Assembly (NCBI GenBank): GCA_004431415.1
Contig: QPMI01000516.1
Coordinates: 196,554 to 260,553, forward strand
Direction: 5' to 3'
Length of the DNA: 64,000 nucleotides
Source: Cyanophora paradoxa CCMP329
Taxonomy: Eukaryota; Plantae; Glaucophyta
Under the pieces are notes generated by a model that ran no database searches, was not told the origin of the DNA, and saw nothing but the letters and a program-made list of their open reading frames with translations. Positions 25,212 to 38,300 of the stretch are shown here, piece by piece (positions within the stretch are counted from its first letter, which is position 1; the number at the start of each line of letters is the position of its first letter). The position numbers were made by a program, and so were the translations under genes.

Positions 25212-27740
25212 GAGATTCCGGTACCCCGGAAAATTGCGCGAAGGCCCGCGAGCGAGTAAGCCGGCGCAGTGGGGCTTCCCCAACGAGGGTGCCTGCTAGC
25301 ACTGCACGTGGCCGGTCCCAAAACTCGCGGCGCCGACGCCCAACGACCAGCACGGCCCGAACGCGCAAAGTAGGTCCGCCGGGCGGGCAGCGACAGCCGC
25401 AGCGACACCACAGACACCTAGAAGAGCAGCTGCGCCCCTGTTGGCGCCGCGACTCGCGCCAGCTCCCGCGGTAACGTGTTTAAACGGGCCGGTCCCCGCC
25501 GCCTTCTCCTGCCACTCCGAGCGCGCCCGAGAGACGCCACACAACATCTAGAGCCAACATACGCTCGTTTAAGCTCCCGTCCTCGCTCCGCCCGCCTTCC
25601 CGCCAACGCATGCCACCCGCGCATGCGCGGCTCGCCTGAGCTCACGCCCACAGCGCACGACGTACAACTCGACTCGACTCCGCGCAGTCGGACGCGCGGC
25701 TCCGCCAACGCACCCGGCTCCGCTGCCGCCGATCATGCGGGACCCTCCCCGCGCCCGTCGCTCACGCCCTCCGCCCGCGCCCCTCCTCCACGAACCTTGA
25801 CGCCGGCCCCGTACTGCCACAGAGCATGCCGGCGCCAGCGGCCCGTGCGCGGGGCCGCCCGCGCCAGCACGACACTCAAGAACCACGGGCCGCGTCCCCC
25901 CGCTCACTGGGCTCTCCGTGACGCGTGCGCAACGCTCGCAGGCCTCTGGCGGGACGCGGAGCAAGCGCCCCAAGACGCGGCGGTGGACAGAGCCCCGAGC
26001 TGTGATGCCGCCTCTGCTGGCGCCGCTGGCGCCGGCATGCAAGCCGACGACCCCTACGTATACCCGGGCGCATGAGCACTTAAACGCTCGCCCAGCTACC
26101 ACCGCGGGGTCTGAGCCAGACGGCGCTCGCCTGCCTCAGGGCCCGGCCTCGCCGGGACCCGCCCTCGTGGGGTCCGAGCCTGATGGCGCTCGCCCACTAT
26201 CGGACCCGGAATCCCCGGGCTCCGTCGAAGACTTCCCAGCGGCGGACAGTGCGTCCCCGGCAGTCGCTGCCAGGCCCCGCGCCGCCCGCCCCTCATGCCC
26301 GCCGGCGCCGGCCCCTCTCCCACGAGGCGACTGGTCCCCTTGACACCCCCCCAATGCAAGCCTCCTATACGGTCGGCGAGCTTGAGGGGCGCCTGCGATA
26401 TCGATATACACACGAATAAGCCGGCCCCCGTCTGCCTTAGGAGGCCCTTAAAAGCTTGGCCCCCTAGTGGAGCAATTCGAAAGATTTTAACTGCACGAGG
26501 GAGCTGGGCACCCTCGCTCGAGCTCGAACTTGCATGCCAGTGCACAGGCCTGTAGCAGCCATTATGCAAATCTCTCAGAGTCTAAACGCTTAACAAGAGA
26601 ACTAGGACAGGGTCCGCGTACGGTATATATACACTGCATGCGTACAAGCGCATAGCTAGCTATATAGGCCCTTGCGCTCATGATCATTTGCATATATATA
26701 GCTATAGGGGGCAGCCGCGGCGGCCGCAGCCGCCGCGGCCGCCCCGCCGTTGCCGCCCCCGCCGCCACCGCTGCCGCCGCTGCCGCTGCCGCCGCCGCCG
26801 TCGCCGCCGCCGCCGCCCCGGCGCCGGCCGCCGCTCCCGCGCCCGCCCCGGCCCGGCCCCGCCCCGGCCCGGGCCGGCCACCATCTCGCTCACCAACCAC
26901 CAGGCGGCCCAGCGCGTGCTGGCCGAGCTCACCTCGGCCCTCGGGGGCCCCGCCGCCATCGAGGCCCTCCTGGCCGGCCGCCGGGCGGCCGCCGCCGACA
27001 ACGCGGCAGCGTAGACCTCCCCTCTCTTTCCGATCTCAAAGGCCTCGGCCCTTTCACCCTTTCGGCATCAGTTTTCTTTTCACCTTTCCCTCATTACAAT
27101 CCGCGGTAGCATGACTACCGAAGAAGGGGGCCTCATGACGAGCCCACCGCCCCCCTCTCTGAGTTAGATAGCTCCATGAAGCAATGTCACCTCCCTACCC
27201 CCCCCCGCGTAAAGCCCTGCCCACTTGCGGGCCCGCCCCCCCCTAAAGCTTTTCCCCCGGCCCAGAAGCTAGCGACAGACTAGCCCACGGCCGGTACCCC
27301 CGCCACGCCCCTCTGTCCCCCGACCACACTAGGGCGCCTACCCCGCCCGTCACCGACCGCCCCCGCACTGCGCAATGTCTCTTACCAGGACCACATAATC
27401 CCCGCGCCCCACACGCAATAAAAATAAGGGGGCGCGCCCGCTACCCTAGCCCGCGCCGCCCCACCCCCTCCCCACCCCTCTCCCTCGCCCGATAAGATTA
27501 GCCCCCTCGGCGCCGAAGTCCACGCACCTACACTCAAGATCACGACAAGCGACCCCCTACCACGCCTCCCCCCCACAAGAGAAACGCTCAGCTGTAGCGT
27601 CGAAGCGCCTATCCCTGTGTTCCGGCCTCAGGTTATGCTCTGACCCAGAGTTCGGCCATTTCCGAACCGGTAGTGCGTACGATAATGTTACTGAACAAAT
27701 ACAATCGCCACCGCCCTTGATATGGGCTTTGTGAAAAAAA
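25212..27740 (+). mobile_element. Poly-A-tailed retroposon (non-autonomous or deleted LINE) with a 16-bp target-site duplication
   Basis: agcaggctattagcag at 25196-25211 and 27741-27756. An A-run at 27734-27741 runs into the second copy. No RT motifs recognised inside. Confidence 0.8.
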
Positions 27741-27964
27741 AGCAGGCTATTAGCAGCGCGGCAGCGAATCATTTAATGGCAAATTAATGCCGGCGCCAGC
27801 GACGAATTTCGAATTGCAAAAAGCTCCGAGAGACCGAGTTCGCTCCGGATTTTAACTTTTCAGAACGAAGATGAAACATCATGATCGGGCATGAAAGTTC
27901 AAAAACGAGGATGCGATGGGTACTGATATCTGTCGCCGAATCGGCCATGCATATGAGTTTGCGA

Positions 27965-28085
27965 CAGACTCGATCGAGAGCCCGACGAGAGGCGGGGAGT
28001 CGGGGAGTCGACGGGGACTCGCCGGCGACTCGCCGGAGTCGCCGGCCGCGGGCGACGCCGAGACTCTGAGACGGCCCGAGAGTCC
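27965..28085. repeat. Cluster of direct and inverted GAGTC/GACTC motifs
   Basis: gagtcggggagtcgacggggactcgccggcgactcgccggagtcgccgg...gagactctgag...gagtcc. Confidence 0.6.
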
Positions 28086-28590
28086 GGCCGGCTGATCTTG
28101 AGCCACGCGCATGCGCATGCGCACGGCCGCGGCCGCCATGCATATTCAGTATGGCCAGCCGGGGTGCCACGCCGGGCCGGCCCACGCGTACGATGATCGC
28201 TCATGGGAGTCATGGCTCAAAAGCACCAGCTTAGCTTCGAATTCGCTGAATTACGACGCATGGTCGGCGGCATGGAACATCAATCAACGCAGTGATCGCA
28301 TGCGAGCAAGCTTAAGCGCATGCGCAGTGATCATGAGCCGTCCCCGCCGTCCCCGTATACTTACGCGTATACTCGTCGTATAGACATCGTTGAGCTTGAA
28401 TTCGACGCCGCGGAGCGCGAGCTCGAGGCGCCGCTCATCATGGCATGATCAGCGGCTAATTGGCGCTCATGATCAGCCACCTAGGCTTGCCAAAGCTGGG
28501 CCGCGGGAAATTGCGCCGGGAATATACAGCCTTTAGTATAGGCCCCCGCAGCTGCAGCTGCTAGCTAAAGAGGTGGACCGGAGGCGCGAT

Positions 28591-31509
28591 GGCCATGCAC
28601 AAAGCAATTATCGACGCCAATTGCAAAGAAGCGCTCCGACGGACGCGGGCGCTGAGGTGGACCGCGTGCACGCAGGCCATGCACATGGCCGGCGCAACGC
28701 AGTGCGCTCCGACGGATCTTCAGCTGCGGCGCCCTCTGAATTCGAACGAGGGCGATCGCGAGCTTCAGCTGCAGGCGGCCGCGTCGGCGATCGCGAGGAG
28801 CTCGAGGAGCAGCTGCCGCGAGGACGAGGAGTGCGAGCCAGCGCCGGCGCCGACCATACGCACATCCTCGAGCTCACCGGTACCGGCGGGGCGGTCGTCC
28901 CTGTATGCATCATCTACCAACGAGCCCAATCGCGCTCCAAAGCCGGGGATGCGCAGCCTTGAGCTCCCCGCCGCCGCCGTATTTCAGCGCCTCCTCGATT
29001 TGGTTCGTGCACGCCATGCGCATGCCTTCGGAATTCTGTTCGATTCGAATTCGTAAGCGGCGAAAATTGTGATGTCCATCACTACACTACCCGGGCTTAC
29101 CTTCTCCTGGCTCTGCTCCTGGGCCCTCAGCTCCGGGACCGGCTTCCCCGATCTCCTCCCGGACTCGTGGTCGTACCCGTCGCCGGCTTGCCGAGCCTGC
29201 GGCTCCTTCTACTTCTCCCCGGCGGTTTGCCGGGCCGGACCCTCCGGCCTTTGTTCTTGATACCGGACTGCCGCCTTTGCCTTCGTCTTCTGCTTCGCTG
29301 GTCGCGATTGTATCCCGCCGGCGCCGGCGTACTTCTTCGTCTTCTAGTTTAGTTCGGTCTGGTTCGGATTCTGATCGTAGTGTTGATGCTAGAGTTAGTT
29401 TCAATACTAGCTATAGTCCTCGTGCTCGACCTGTTGTTCGCCGTCGTTTGCAGTTCGATTGCCCGCCTCGACCCCGGCCGGCTTTAGTGATTCCTTTGAC
29501 TGTCCTTTTGCCTGCTCTTGATCCGCCTGCTCCGCCTCCTGTGTCCTCCTCGACCTCGTGCCGTAGCTCTGCCCTTTCGCATCGTCCTGCTTCGCCTCCG
29601 CCTCCATGTCGTCTTGTTGTTCCTCTTACTTGTCTTCTTCCTGTTATTTATCTTTCTCAATTTTGTCCCCCGCTTCTTAGTGATGTAATTCCTTCTGATA
29701 TTGATGGTATCTCTAGCTCTGGCTCTTCTTCGTGTCAGTTATCCTCTGTCCCTAGATCTGCTCGATTTATCGTCTCTTCTCGCTATCGATCTGTCTCGAG
29801 CTCTGTGTCTTTCCTTTTTTATTGTCGATTTTGGCTCTTTGTCTTATCTTTCTTCGTGCTCTTGTCTTAGTTCTTTTGCTTTTTTGTCTTTATGCCCCCT
29901 GGGCAGCCCCCGCAGTGCTGGTGTCTAGAGACTGTGGCCGGTAATTCACCAAAAAAAAAAATAAATAAATCACAAAACCTTTAATTTCGATTCAGGATTT
30001 GGATAAGAAGCTGACCGCGTGCGCGTTCCCGCTGCCGCGCGCAGATTTGGCAGGCGGTGTCGGGGAGCCCGGCCGCGGCCGCGAGCGCGCCGCCCAAGGC
30101 CCGCGGCGTGCGGCGGATCGTGGATCCGGAGGCTGCCCTCGCAATCGCCGGCGCCGGCGGCGGCGGCGGCGGGGAGCGCGCCGGGGCGGGGGGCGGGGCC
30201 GGCGTCCCTTCAGCTGCGGCTGCAGCGACGTGCACGTCGGCCATCGATTTCACCCGCTACGAGGTGCGCATGCCCTGTCCCTGCTTATATTAAATTCAAA
30301 TTTTGCGATGTTTCTCGCCTTTAATTTGATTTCGGACCGAGATCAAGACTGACGTGTACACTGCCCGCCCGCGGACGGCGCAGCTCTTCCACGTCCTCAC
30401 TCACCGTGCCATCATCGACGACGACGAGTCCTGGACCCTTGAGGGCGCCAGCGCCCTGGCCCGCACCAACTGGGCCGCCGACTCGAGCGGGCTCGGCGGT
30501 ATGGCCCGCCCGGCGTTCGAGAGGGCGATCGGCAGCCTGGCGCGCAGCTGGGCGGACGGCGCCGCCTGTTCCCCGTCCCTCCTCCTCTCCCTCCGCTGCG
30601 TCGCCGCCGGCGCCGGTCTTCCCGACAACCTCCCCACCATCTTCCTTTTCTGCCTCGCCCAGGTCAGAGCCCGCCTTGCAGACTATATTATAATTACAAG
30701 CTTGCAGATTGCTTAATAATAAGCTGGCTCGCTCTGACGTCGTTTAATTTCGCGACCGCTGCAATCAGACGATCACGACGGGATTCCCCCGCCCGCCCTG
30801 GCCCGCCAGCGCGGCGGCGCCTCCATCGCCTCGCGATCGTGACGATCGCGAGCTTGAGTCTGAGGCTGAGAGCGGCGATCGCGAACGAAGCTCGAGCCCC
30901 CTCCGCCTCCGAGTCCCTCTGGGTGCGTACCCCCTGCACCCGACCGCGCCTGTACCCCCGCCGATCGCGACCGCAGACGTGCCCCTCGGCGCCTGTACCC
31001 AGCGCGCCGTCCTTCGCATCCTGAGCGAGCACCAGCTGCCGCTGCCCCCGATCCGGCCGCGCGGGACCCGAGCTTCGGGCCCGGGCCTGCGAGCCAGCAC
31101 CAGCGCCAGCGCCCCGCCCTCTCTCGAACGCCTCCCCTCGCCCTCTCCACGCCCTGACGCCGGCGCCTCCTCCTCCGAAACCGGCTCCGGCTCCGGCCCC
31201 GCTTGGGAGGGCCCCGTCGGCCGGGGCCTGCAGCGCGCAGCCCTCGAGAACCGCCTCAGGGGCCTCCTCCGCCGCCCCCGCTCCCTCTCCGCGGCGGATC
31301 CGGAGCCGGAGCCTGGCCACGGTCGCGATCGCGATCGCGACGGCGAGCTCGAGGGCGATGGCGTTCCCGCGGCCGCCCGTACGCGTGTGCGGCTGCTTCG
31401 GGATCCGTGCGCGCCCGACGTTAACGCCGCCCATCCCTCCGCCGCGACGTCGACGTCGACGCGGGTTCATATCCGGAGGGCGAGCCTGGAGGGATTGCAG
31501 TACTTGTAG
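28591..31509 (+). CDS. Hypothetical multi-exon protein with a divergent EF-hand-like segment; start and end uncertain
   Basis: Phase-compatible splice LLDL|IWQAV (donor 29003, acceptor 30044). Then AIDFTRYE|LFHVLTHRAIIDDDESWTLEGASALARTNWAADSSGLGGMARPAFERAIGSLARSW, which resembles the W..DS.G...M....F..S...LA..W pattern of uncharacterised protist EF-hand-like proteins. Confidence 0.45.
29070..29961 (+). mobile_element. 5'-truncated retroelement 3' end inside an intron
   Basis: Long T/C-rich 3'UTR-like tract ending in ...gtaattcacc plus A11 at 29951-29961. Its terminal 36 bp recur in inverted orientation at 31585-31620. Confidence 0.6.
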
Positions 31510-31584
31510 ATCTATCCAGAAGCAAATAGGACCGTCGGACGTACTATTCCGTTATTATTTATTCGAGTACTATTTATATTTTTG

Positions 31585-31620
31585 TTTTGGTGAATTACCG
31601 GCCACAGTCTCTAGACACCA
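31585..31620 (-). repeat. 36-bp perfect inverted copy of 29919-29954 (very short retroelement 3' end with A-rich tail)
   Basis: ttttggtgaattaccggccacagtctctagacacca is the reverse complement of tggtgtctagagactgtggccggtaattcaccaaaa. Confidence 0.9.
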
Positions 31621-32370
31621 TTATACGAAAGCTATATTAACTAGTAATATCAATAAATTATTTTTTACAGAACATGTAGGCGTGCTAGCGCTCGAATCGC
31701 GAGCATATGCATTGTTAAAGGTTGCACTTGCAAAATTGCAATTGCACGTGGGCGATTTAATATATATATATTGCATTATCTTCTCCCCCGGGCCCGCCCC
31801 TTCGAGGCTCCGAGGCTCGTAGCCCCTTGCAGCTTCGATCGATGATGCATATGTTCACGAGCAACGCGCTCGAACAATGCGGGAGCAATCATGAATGCTT
31901 GAGGGGCCCCCGGGTCGTGCGAGGTTCTAGGTTCCAGCCCCAACTTGAATTTCCGGGATCATGGCGACGGCCCGACTCTCGCGCGACTTTGACGGCACCA
32001 GCCGATTTCTTATTGATTACAAAGCGCCGCGGGTTGGCACGATCACTAGAGTACTAGTCACCTAGCTGCGGCTGATTATGAGCTCACGAAAGAAAATCTC
32101 AGGGGCCGCGGCCCGCTACACAACCCGACAAAAATGGAGAGCGCTACCCCAAGCTAATTCATGTTCAGAGAAGAAAAAAAAGGCAGCCGGGGGTCGAAAG
32201 AAGCTGAATAAAGTCCGGCCGCGGGCAGCTGCAACCACTACAGAATCCTGTGGTCCAATCGCGTAACTCGAGCAGCACTAGCACACGCGGAGAGCACGCG
32301 AAAATGGCCGGAACGAGGACGGCACCCACCCAGCCCCGGGCCCGGCGAATTCGCCCTGTACCCCGCCTCC

Positions 32371-35300
32371 TCAGCGCCACTCCTCCCAGGGGTACTTGAA
32401 TGCCTCCTTCTTGCGCAGGCGCCGCACTGGCGGCTTGACCTCCGCGAGGTTGTTCACGTTCCCCTGGGGGAGAAGGATTAGGGGGGTACGGGTCGCTTCC
32501 GATCAGCTAGAGGGGGTACGGTACCTGCTGGTCCTTCGAGAGGGGCTCGGTGGGCGAGTTGACCCACTGGCCGTCCACTGCGGCGAAAGGTGAAAAAATG
32601 AAAACGGGGTGGGAGGGGGGAGAGGGGGGTACGGCGCACCGATGAACTTGTAGAGGTACGTCCCGTGGGGCAGCTCCTTCGTCAGCGTCCACTCGTTGGC
32701 CTGGGCGGGGGGTACGCGTAAGTACGAAGTCCGATGGGGGGGGGGGTACGCGGGCGGGGCGGGGCGGGGGCGGGCCTTGAGGCCGGTGCCGCGGGAGAGG
32801 GCGTGCCGGCCCTGCCAGTTATCGAAGGACCCCGCGACAAAGACCTGCGGGGGGCGGGCGAGCGTGCGCCCGGCGGTCAGCCTAGGCCGCGGCTTTAGGA
32901 GGGGTTGTTGTTTATCGATATCTCTTCTGGGCTGTCTCAATAGGCTTCTAACATGAAGATTCTAAGCTCAGGCTCCTTTAAAGCTTAGGCTAGGGTTGGG
33001 CTCGGGGCGGGGCGGACCTCTTTGCCCCCCTTAGCTAAGGCTTTGAGCTTGTTTCTAATAATAAGCTCGGTCTCCATTTGAGCTTGTTTCTAATAATAAG
33101 CTAGGGTTGGGGCGGGGCGGACCTCCTTGCCGCCCTGGGTCCAGCGGAAGGTGAAGGCGGGCGGGCCGGGCTGCCGCCAGCGCGGCTGCGGCTTGAGCGC
33201 CGGCAGCGCCCCCTCGATCGCGATGACCTGAGGGGGGGGGGAGGGGCGGCGTCGGCCGGGCGGGCGAGCGGGCTCGGGGCGAGGCGGGGCGGGGCGGGGC
33301 GCGCGGCTCAATCCTATCAGTCTATCAGTCGCTTCTATCTATCGGCTCGAGGGATGGCCGGCGCAGTCGAGCCGATCCCGACCGGAAGGGCGATCGGTAG
33401 CTGCGTCGTCGATCCCGCAGCTATCACTCCCCCCCCCCCACCTTCTCCCCCTCCTCCCTCCCCCTCCCTCCCCCCTTCTCCCCCCCTCCCCCCCTTACCT
33501 CGCGCTTGACGAGGTCGCCCTTGGCGAGGAGCGCGTGCTTCAGCCGCGCGAACTCCCCGTACCACGCCCTGCGGGGGCGGGCGGGAGGGAGGGAGTCAGG
33601 GGGCCTTTGTGTTGCAGCGCAGAGGAAGGTGAGAGGGGTATGTATGTAGATACAACGTGGGGCGTCCTCGAACTCCAAGGCGTCTAAGGGGCGGGCGGGC
33701 GCACCAGGCGACGTCGTCGGCGTCGATGACGGAGGCGCGGGCGGTCTCGCGGAGCCGCTTGTACACCTCCGGCTGCCCGTAGATCCCCATCGCCCGCTGC
33801 GGGGAGGAGCGGAGAGAGGGTCAGCACAGGCGCGCACTCGCGCCCCCACAACAATCTTCTCTAGCCAGGAGGGGAGAGGAGGTCAGGTCGGGCCCGGCGC
33901 GCGCTCGCTCGCGCCCGCGCTCCGACAACAATCTTCTCTAGCCGGAGGATCGAGCCCGGCTGTGCCGATGCCGCCCTCAAACAAACCCCGTACGCATGCA
34001 TCAAGTCAAGTCTAGACCCAGGACCCGCCCAGAGAAGCGGGGGCCGCCCAGAGCGCCAGGGCCCGCCCAGAGAGCCAGGGCCCGCCCAGAGAACCAGGGC
34101 CGCCTGGGCGGACCTTAACGGCGTACACGAAGTCGCCGTGGTTGTGGTGCTCGAACGTGAATCCGTTCCCCTGCGAGCGAAGTCAGGGGGGGGGGAGTTG
34201 GGGGGGGGGGCGGGGGGGGGGGTACCCGGTTCTCGGAGGCGTTGTACTCGTGGACCGTGTCCTTCAGGCCGCCCGTCTTGAACGCCACGACCTGAAGTTC
34301 GGGGGGGGGAGAATGAGGCTCAGGTGGCTCAGACGGGCAGAGCGGCGCCCGCCGCGCCCCGGAACGCCCCCCTTCCCCTCCCCATTCCTCCTACTACACC
34401 GGGGCCTGGGCGACGAGCCGAAGGGCGCTGCTGCTCGTATGCATAGCAGAGCGGCGCCCCCCTTCCCCCCCTCCCCCTTCCTCCTCCTACCCCCCCCTTT
34501 TTCCGCACCGGGGTACCGGCGACGAAGAACTCCTGCTGGACGATGCCGCCGGGCTCGAATAGGGAAGGCATGAGCCCGAAGTCGGCGCCGAGGTTCACCA
34601 GCGGGCCGTCCGTGAAGAACTGGGGGAAAGGCGGGTGAGGGAGGGATGGCGGGTAGAAGGCGGGGAAGAGAGGCGTGGGGCGACTGAGCTGATCATAGAC
34701 TCTACTTTTCAAAGCACGGCGAGGACCTCTGGAAATCCCTCGGGCCGGAACGGGAGGGCCGCGCTATAATTAGCACCTGGGTCGGCTCGGCCCAGAAGTT
34801 GTATAGAAACAGATCCTCCTAGAGATAGATCCTAGATCCTCCTCTCTATCTCCTAGAGATAGAGATAAAAAGACTCCCTCCTAGAGCTCTTTCGGGTCGG
34901 GACGGCCAGGCCGGCTCGCTCGCACCTGGGTCGGCTCGGCCCAGAAGTTGTAGGGGAAGGCGTTCCGCAGCTCGTAGATCTCCTTCATGCACTGTGGCGC
35001 GGGGTGAGCGGGAGAGGGGGGGAGAGGCGGAGGAGGGGTATGATCGCCGTCGCTCTCATGTTTTCGAACGCTCTAATGGCTCTCTCAGGGGCGGGGGGGT
35101 CGTGCCTGGCCGCCGTAGGGGTCGGAGGGGGAGACCCGACGAGATTTTTAGGGAGGAGGCGGGGGCGGGTGCGGGTGCTCTAATGCTCTTATTTTTAGGA
35201 AGGCGGGGGCGGGGGCGGGTTTTTAGGGGGGGATGCTCTAAGGGCTCTCTCAGGGGCGGGTGGATTGCTGTGGCTCGCCTGGCCGCCGTAGGGGTCGGAG

Positions 35301-38300
35301 GGAGAGGCCATGCCCCCGATGAAGATCTGGATCTTGTGGTTGAACGACGTGATCTGCGGGGGGGGGGGGGGGGGGGGGGGGAGGGAGGACGATCAGCCGA
35401 GGGGGGGCGGACAAGAAGGCGGGGGCGGAGACAGAGAGAGATCGGATCGTAGGAGCAGCTAGCGAGCAGCTAGCTAGCTCAGCTTAGTCTGGCCTCCAGC
35501 CTCCATCCGGGGTGGCTCGGGATGGATGGCTTGGGGCGTTCCAAGTACAGGATAGCCAGTTTTTCACAAGGTTTCGAAGAGCTTTTTGGCTTCTAAGCCC
35601 AGCTCTAAGGCGGCTCGGGGGAGAACGCACGAGCTCGCGGGCGGCGCGGGTGATGAGGTGGACGCCCTTCTGCTCCGTGATGCGCCCCACGAACGCGAAG
35701 ACCGGGATCGACAGGTCCGGCTGAGAGAGGGAACGAGCCTTGTTGTTAAGCGAGCAGGGAGCAGGAGGAGGGGGGATACGGACCTGCCCGAACTTGAAGT
35801 ACCGCGTCTGAATGAGGCCTGCAGGGGGGATAGAGGAAGGGGGGGGGGGGGGGGGGGGGGAAGGGCGGAGGTCAGACGGAGGCACTAACCCACTAACTAA
35901 ACCAGGTTACAACTAAGAGCGGGGGGAGGGGGCGCGGACCCACTAACTAATAACTAAAACAGGTTACAACCAAGGGACTCTTGGCGGCGCCAAGACGTAA
36001 TTAAGAGTCAGAAGCTAGAAGACTCTCGCTAACCCACTAAGGCTAGGGAGGCGGGGGAGGGCGGGGGCGGGCGGACCCTTGGCGGTGTCGTGGTCGAGGG
36101 AGCCGCACTTGGCGATGAGGCGCTCCACCCGCTCCCCCACCGGGATCCCGTTCGGGAACGCGAACGGCCGCTGGAACTGCGCGGGGAGAGGCGTCAGGGG
36201 CGGGTCGGAAGGCATAGAAGCTGAGATGTCTTGAGGACCTTGGAGAGGAGGTGGGTGAGGGGCGACTTGGCGAGGAGCTCGTCGCGGTAGCTCGGCGAGA
36301 CGGTGCCCCACTGGTCCGACGCCATCAGCGCGCACCGCGCTGCAGGAGGCGAGCGAGGAGCGGGAGGAGGTAGGTCAGAGGGCGGCGCTGCAGCCGGGCT
36401 GGAGCGGGGGGTGCGGACAGGGGTTGATGACGGTGCGCTGCCAGTGCGGGTCCGCCACGAAGTGGCCCGGCAGACCGTGGATCCCCTCCAGCGTCCCCTC
36501 CTGCCCGAAGGATTAGATGGATGGATCGGGCGGGTGGGGTGGGTGCTCGCTCGCCTGGGGGGAGGGGTAGAGGCGGCCCTCGTAGGAGGGGTCCAGGTTG
36601 TGCACGATGTGGAAGAACAGCGTCCGCTGCGATGCGGCATGTCAGGCGGGGTCACTCCCTCCCTCTACCCCCCTCCTATTTGCTTTGCCTGGAGGGGCCC
36701 CCTCGCAGGCCCTCCCTCTCCGCCCCTCTGGAGCCAGGGCAAGGCGGGGCGGGGCGGGCCTTGAAGAAGTCGCCGAAGAAGTTGCACTTGGCGTACGCGG
36801 GGACGAACCCCGTGAACCAGTCGTTCGTCACCTGCAAAGGCGAGGGGGCGTCGGGAGGGGGAGGGGGAGAGGGAGAGAGGGAGGGGAGGGGCCGTCCCCT
36901 CCTCTATCCTATCTCTCCCTCCCTCCTTTCTTCGGGCGGGGCGGGCTTGGGGCGCACGACGAGGCCCGGGGCGATGCCGAAGGCGCAGAGCGCCTCCAGC
37001 GACGCCTTCGCGAACAGCGTCTGCGGGGGCGACGAGGGTCAAAGGGGGCGGGGTATGGCGGGAAGTGGGGTGGGGAGGGGAGGTGCGCACGAGCTGCTTG
37101 ACCTGCGAGGGAGGAAGGGGGGAGGGAGGGGACGGGCGCGTCAGCCGAGCCAATCAGATTAGATCCGATCGGATCGGATCGGATCGGATCAGATCTGACC
37201 TGGTAGTGGACGGCGCCGCCGTTGTAGGGGGAGGGGAAGAAGCCGTTGTTGTGGAGGAAGACGACCCGCACCCCGTTCACGTACCCCTCGTGCACCCCGA
37301 CCTGCGCGGGTGCGGCGCTTAGGAAGGGTGGAGGGCCGAAAGAAGCACAAGGGCGGATCGAGAGGCGCGGAAAGGCGAGCCGGGGTGGGGGGGGGGTGGG
37401 GGGGGGGGGGGGCCGGGAAGGGGACGGGGCGACCGCTCGCCTGCGTCATCTCGCCGCCGACGCTGCAGTGGACGTTCCGCGAGTACTTCACCCCGTCCGC
37501 CGCGAGGTACCTGGGAGGGGGGGTACGGCGTTCAGAGAGGTGCGGGGGGGTACGGCGTTCAGAGAGGTGCCGGGGGGGGGGGAGAGAGAGAGAAAGGGCG
37601 CACCCGGTCTCGCCCTTGCGGTTCTTCTCGTAGTAGGGCGAGCTGCGGGCGGGCGGGCGGGCGACTTTTAAGCTGCCGCGTCTCTTCGAGGAGCGGGGGG
37701 GGGGTACGGGCACGCACATGACGGTGACGTCGGCGCCGAGGCGGGCGAGGGTGATCGTGAGCTCGTCGACCATCACGCCCAGCCCGCCCACCGTCGACCT
37801 GCCCGGCGAGGGAGGAAGGGCGGAGTGAGGCGACTTTCAGTTATGCTGGAAGGGACGGCGGCGGCGGCGGCGGAGGCAAGGCGGCGGCCAGCTAAGCTGG
37901 GAGGCTAAGCCAAGCTGAGGCGGCGGCGGCGAAAGGAAGGAAAGAAGAAGGGGCCCGGAGGGGCACGCACCACTTGCCGAGCTCGGGGGCGATGAAGACG
38001 AGCGGGCCGACGCTGTTCTTGTTGTACATCTCCCGGCACAGCTGCGCGCAGGGAGGAGGAGGAGGGGAGGAGGAGGAGGAGTTAGAAGAGGCGGAAGAGA
38101 GCCGTTTGGATGGCTGGGAGGGGGGGCGGGGCGGGGCGGGGCGGACGAGGTACTTGGTGAAGACGCCGTCGTCGTCGTCCTCCGTGTCCTGAACAACGAA
38201 AGAAAGAAAGAGAAAGAATAAGGAAGGAAGAAAGAAAGAAAGAGAAGAAAGAGATGAAGGGGCGCGCCTGGGAGTCGATCTTGGTGAAGGCCATGAGGTA

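Noticed and set aside
25179-27670. Possible DNA transposon CCCG...CCGG with a TAGT duplication
   Set aside because: The inverted match is poor. The 16-bp TSD plus A-tail explains the region better.
35505-35595. Other AT-richer intronic islands (also ~9300-9440, ~15600-15665, ~32895-32960) as organelle inserts
   Set aside because: No recognisable protein or RNA motif in the frames I read. BLASTN against the organelle genomes would be needed.
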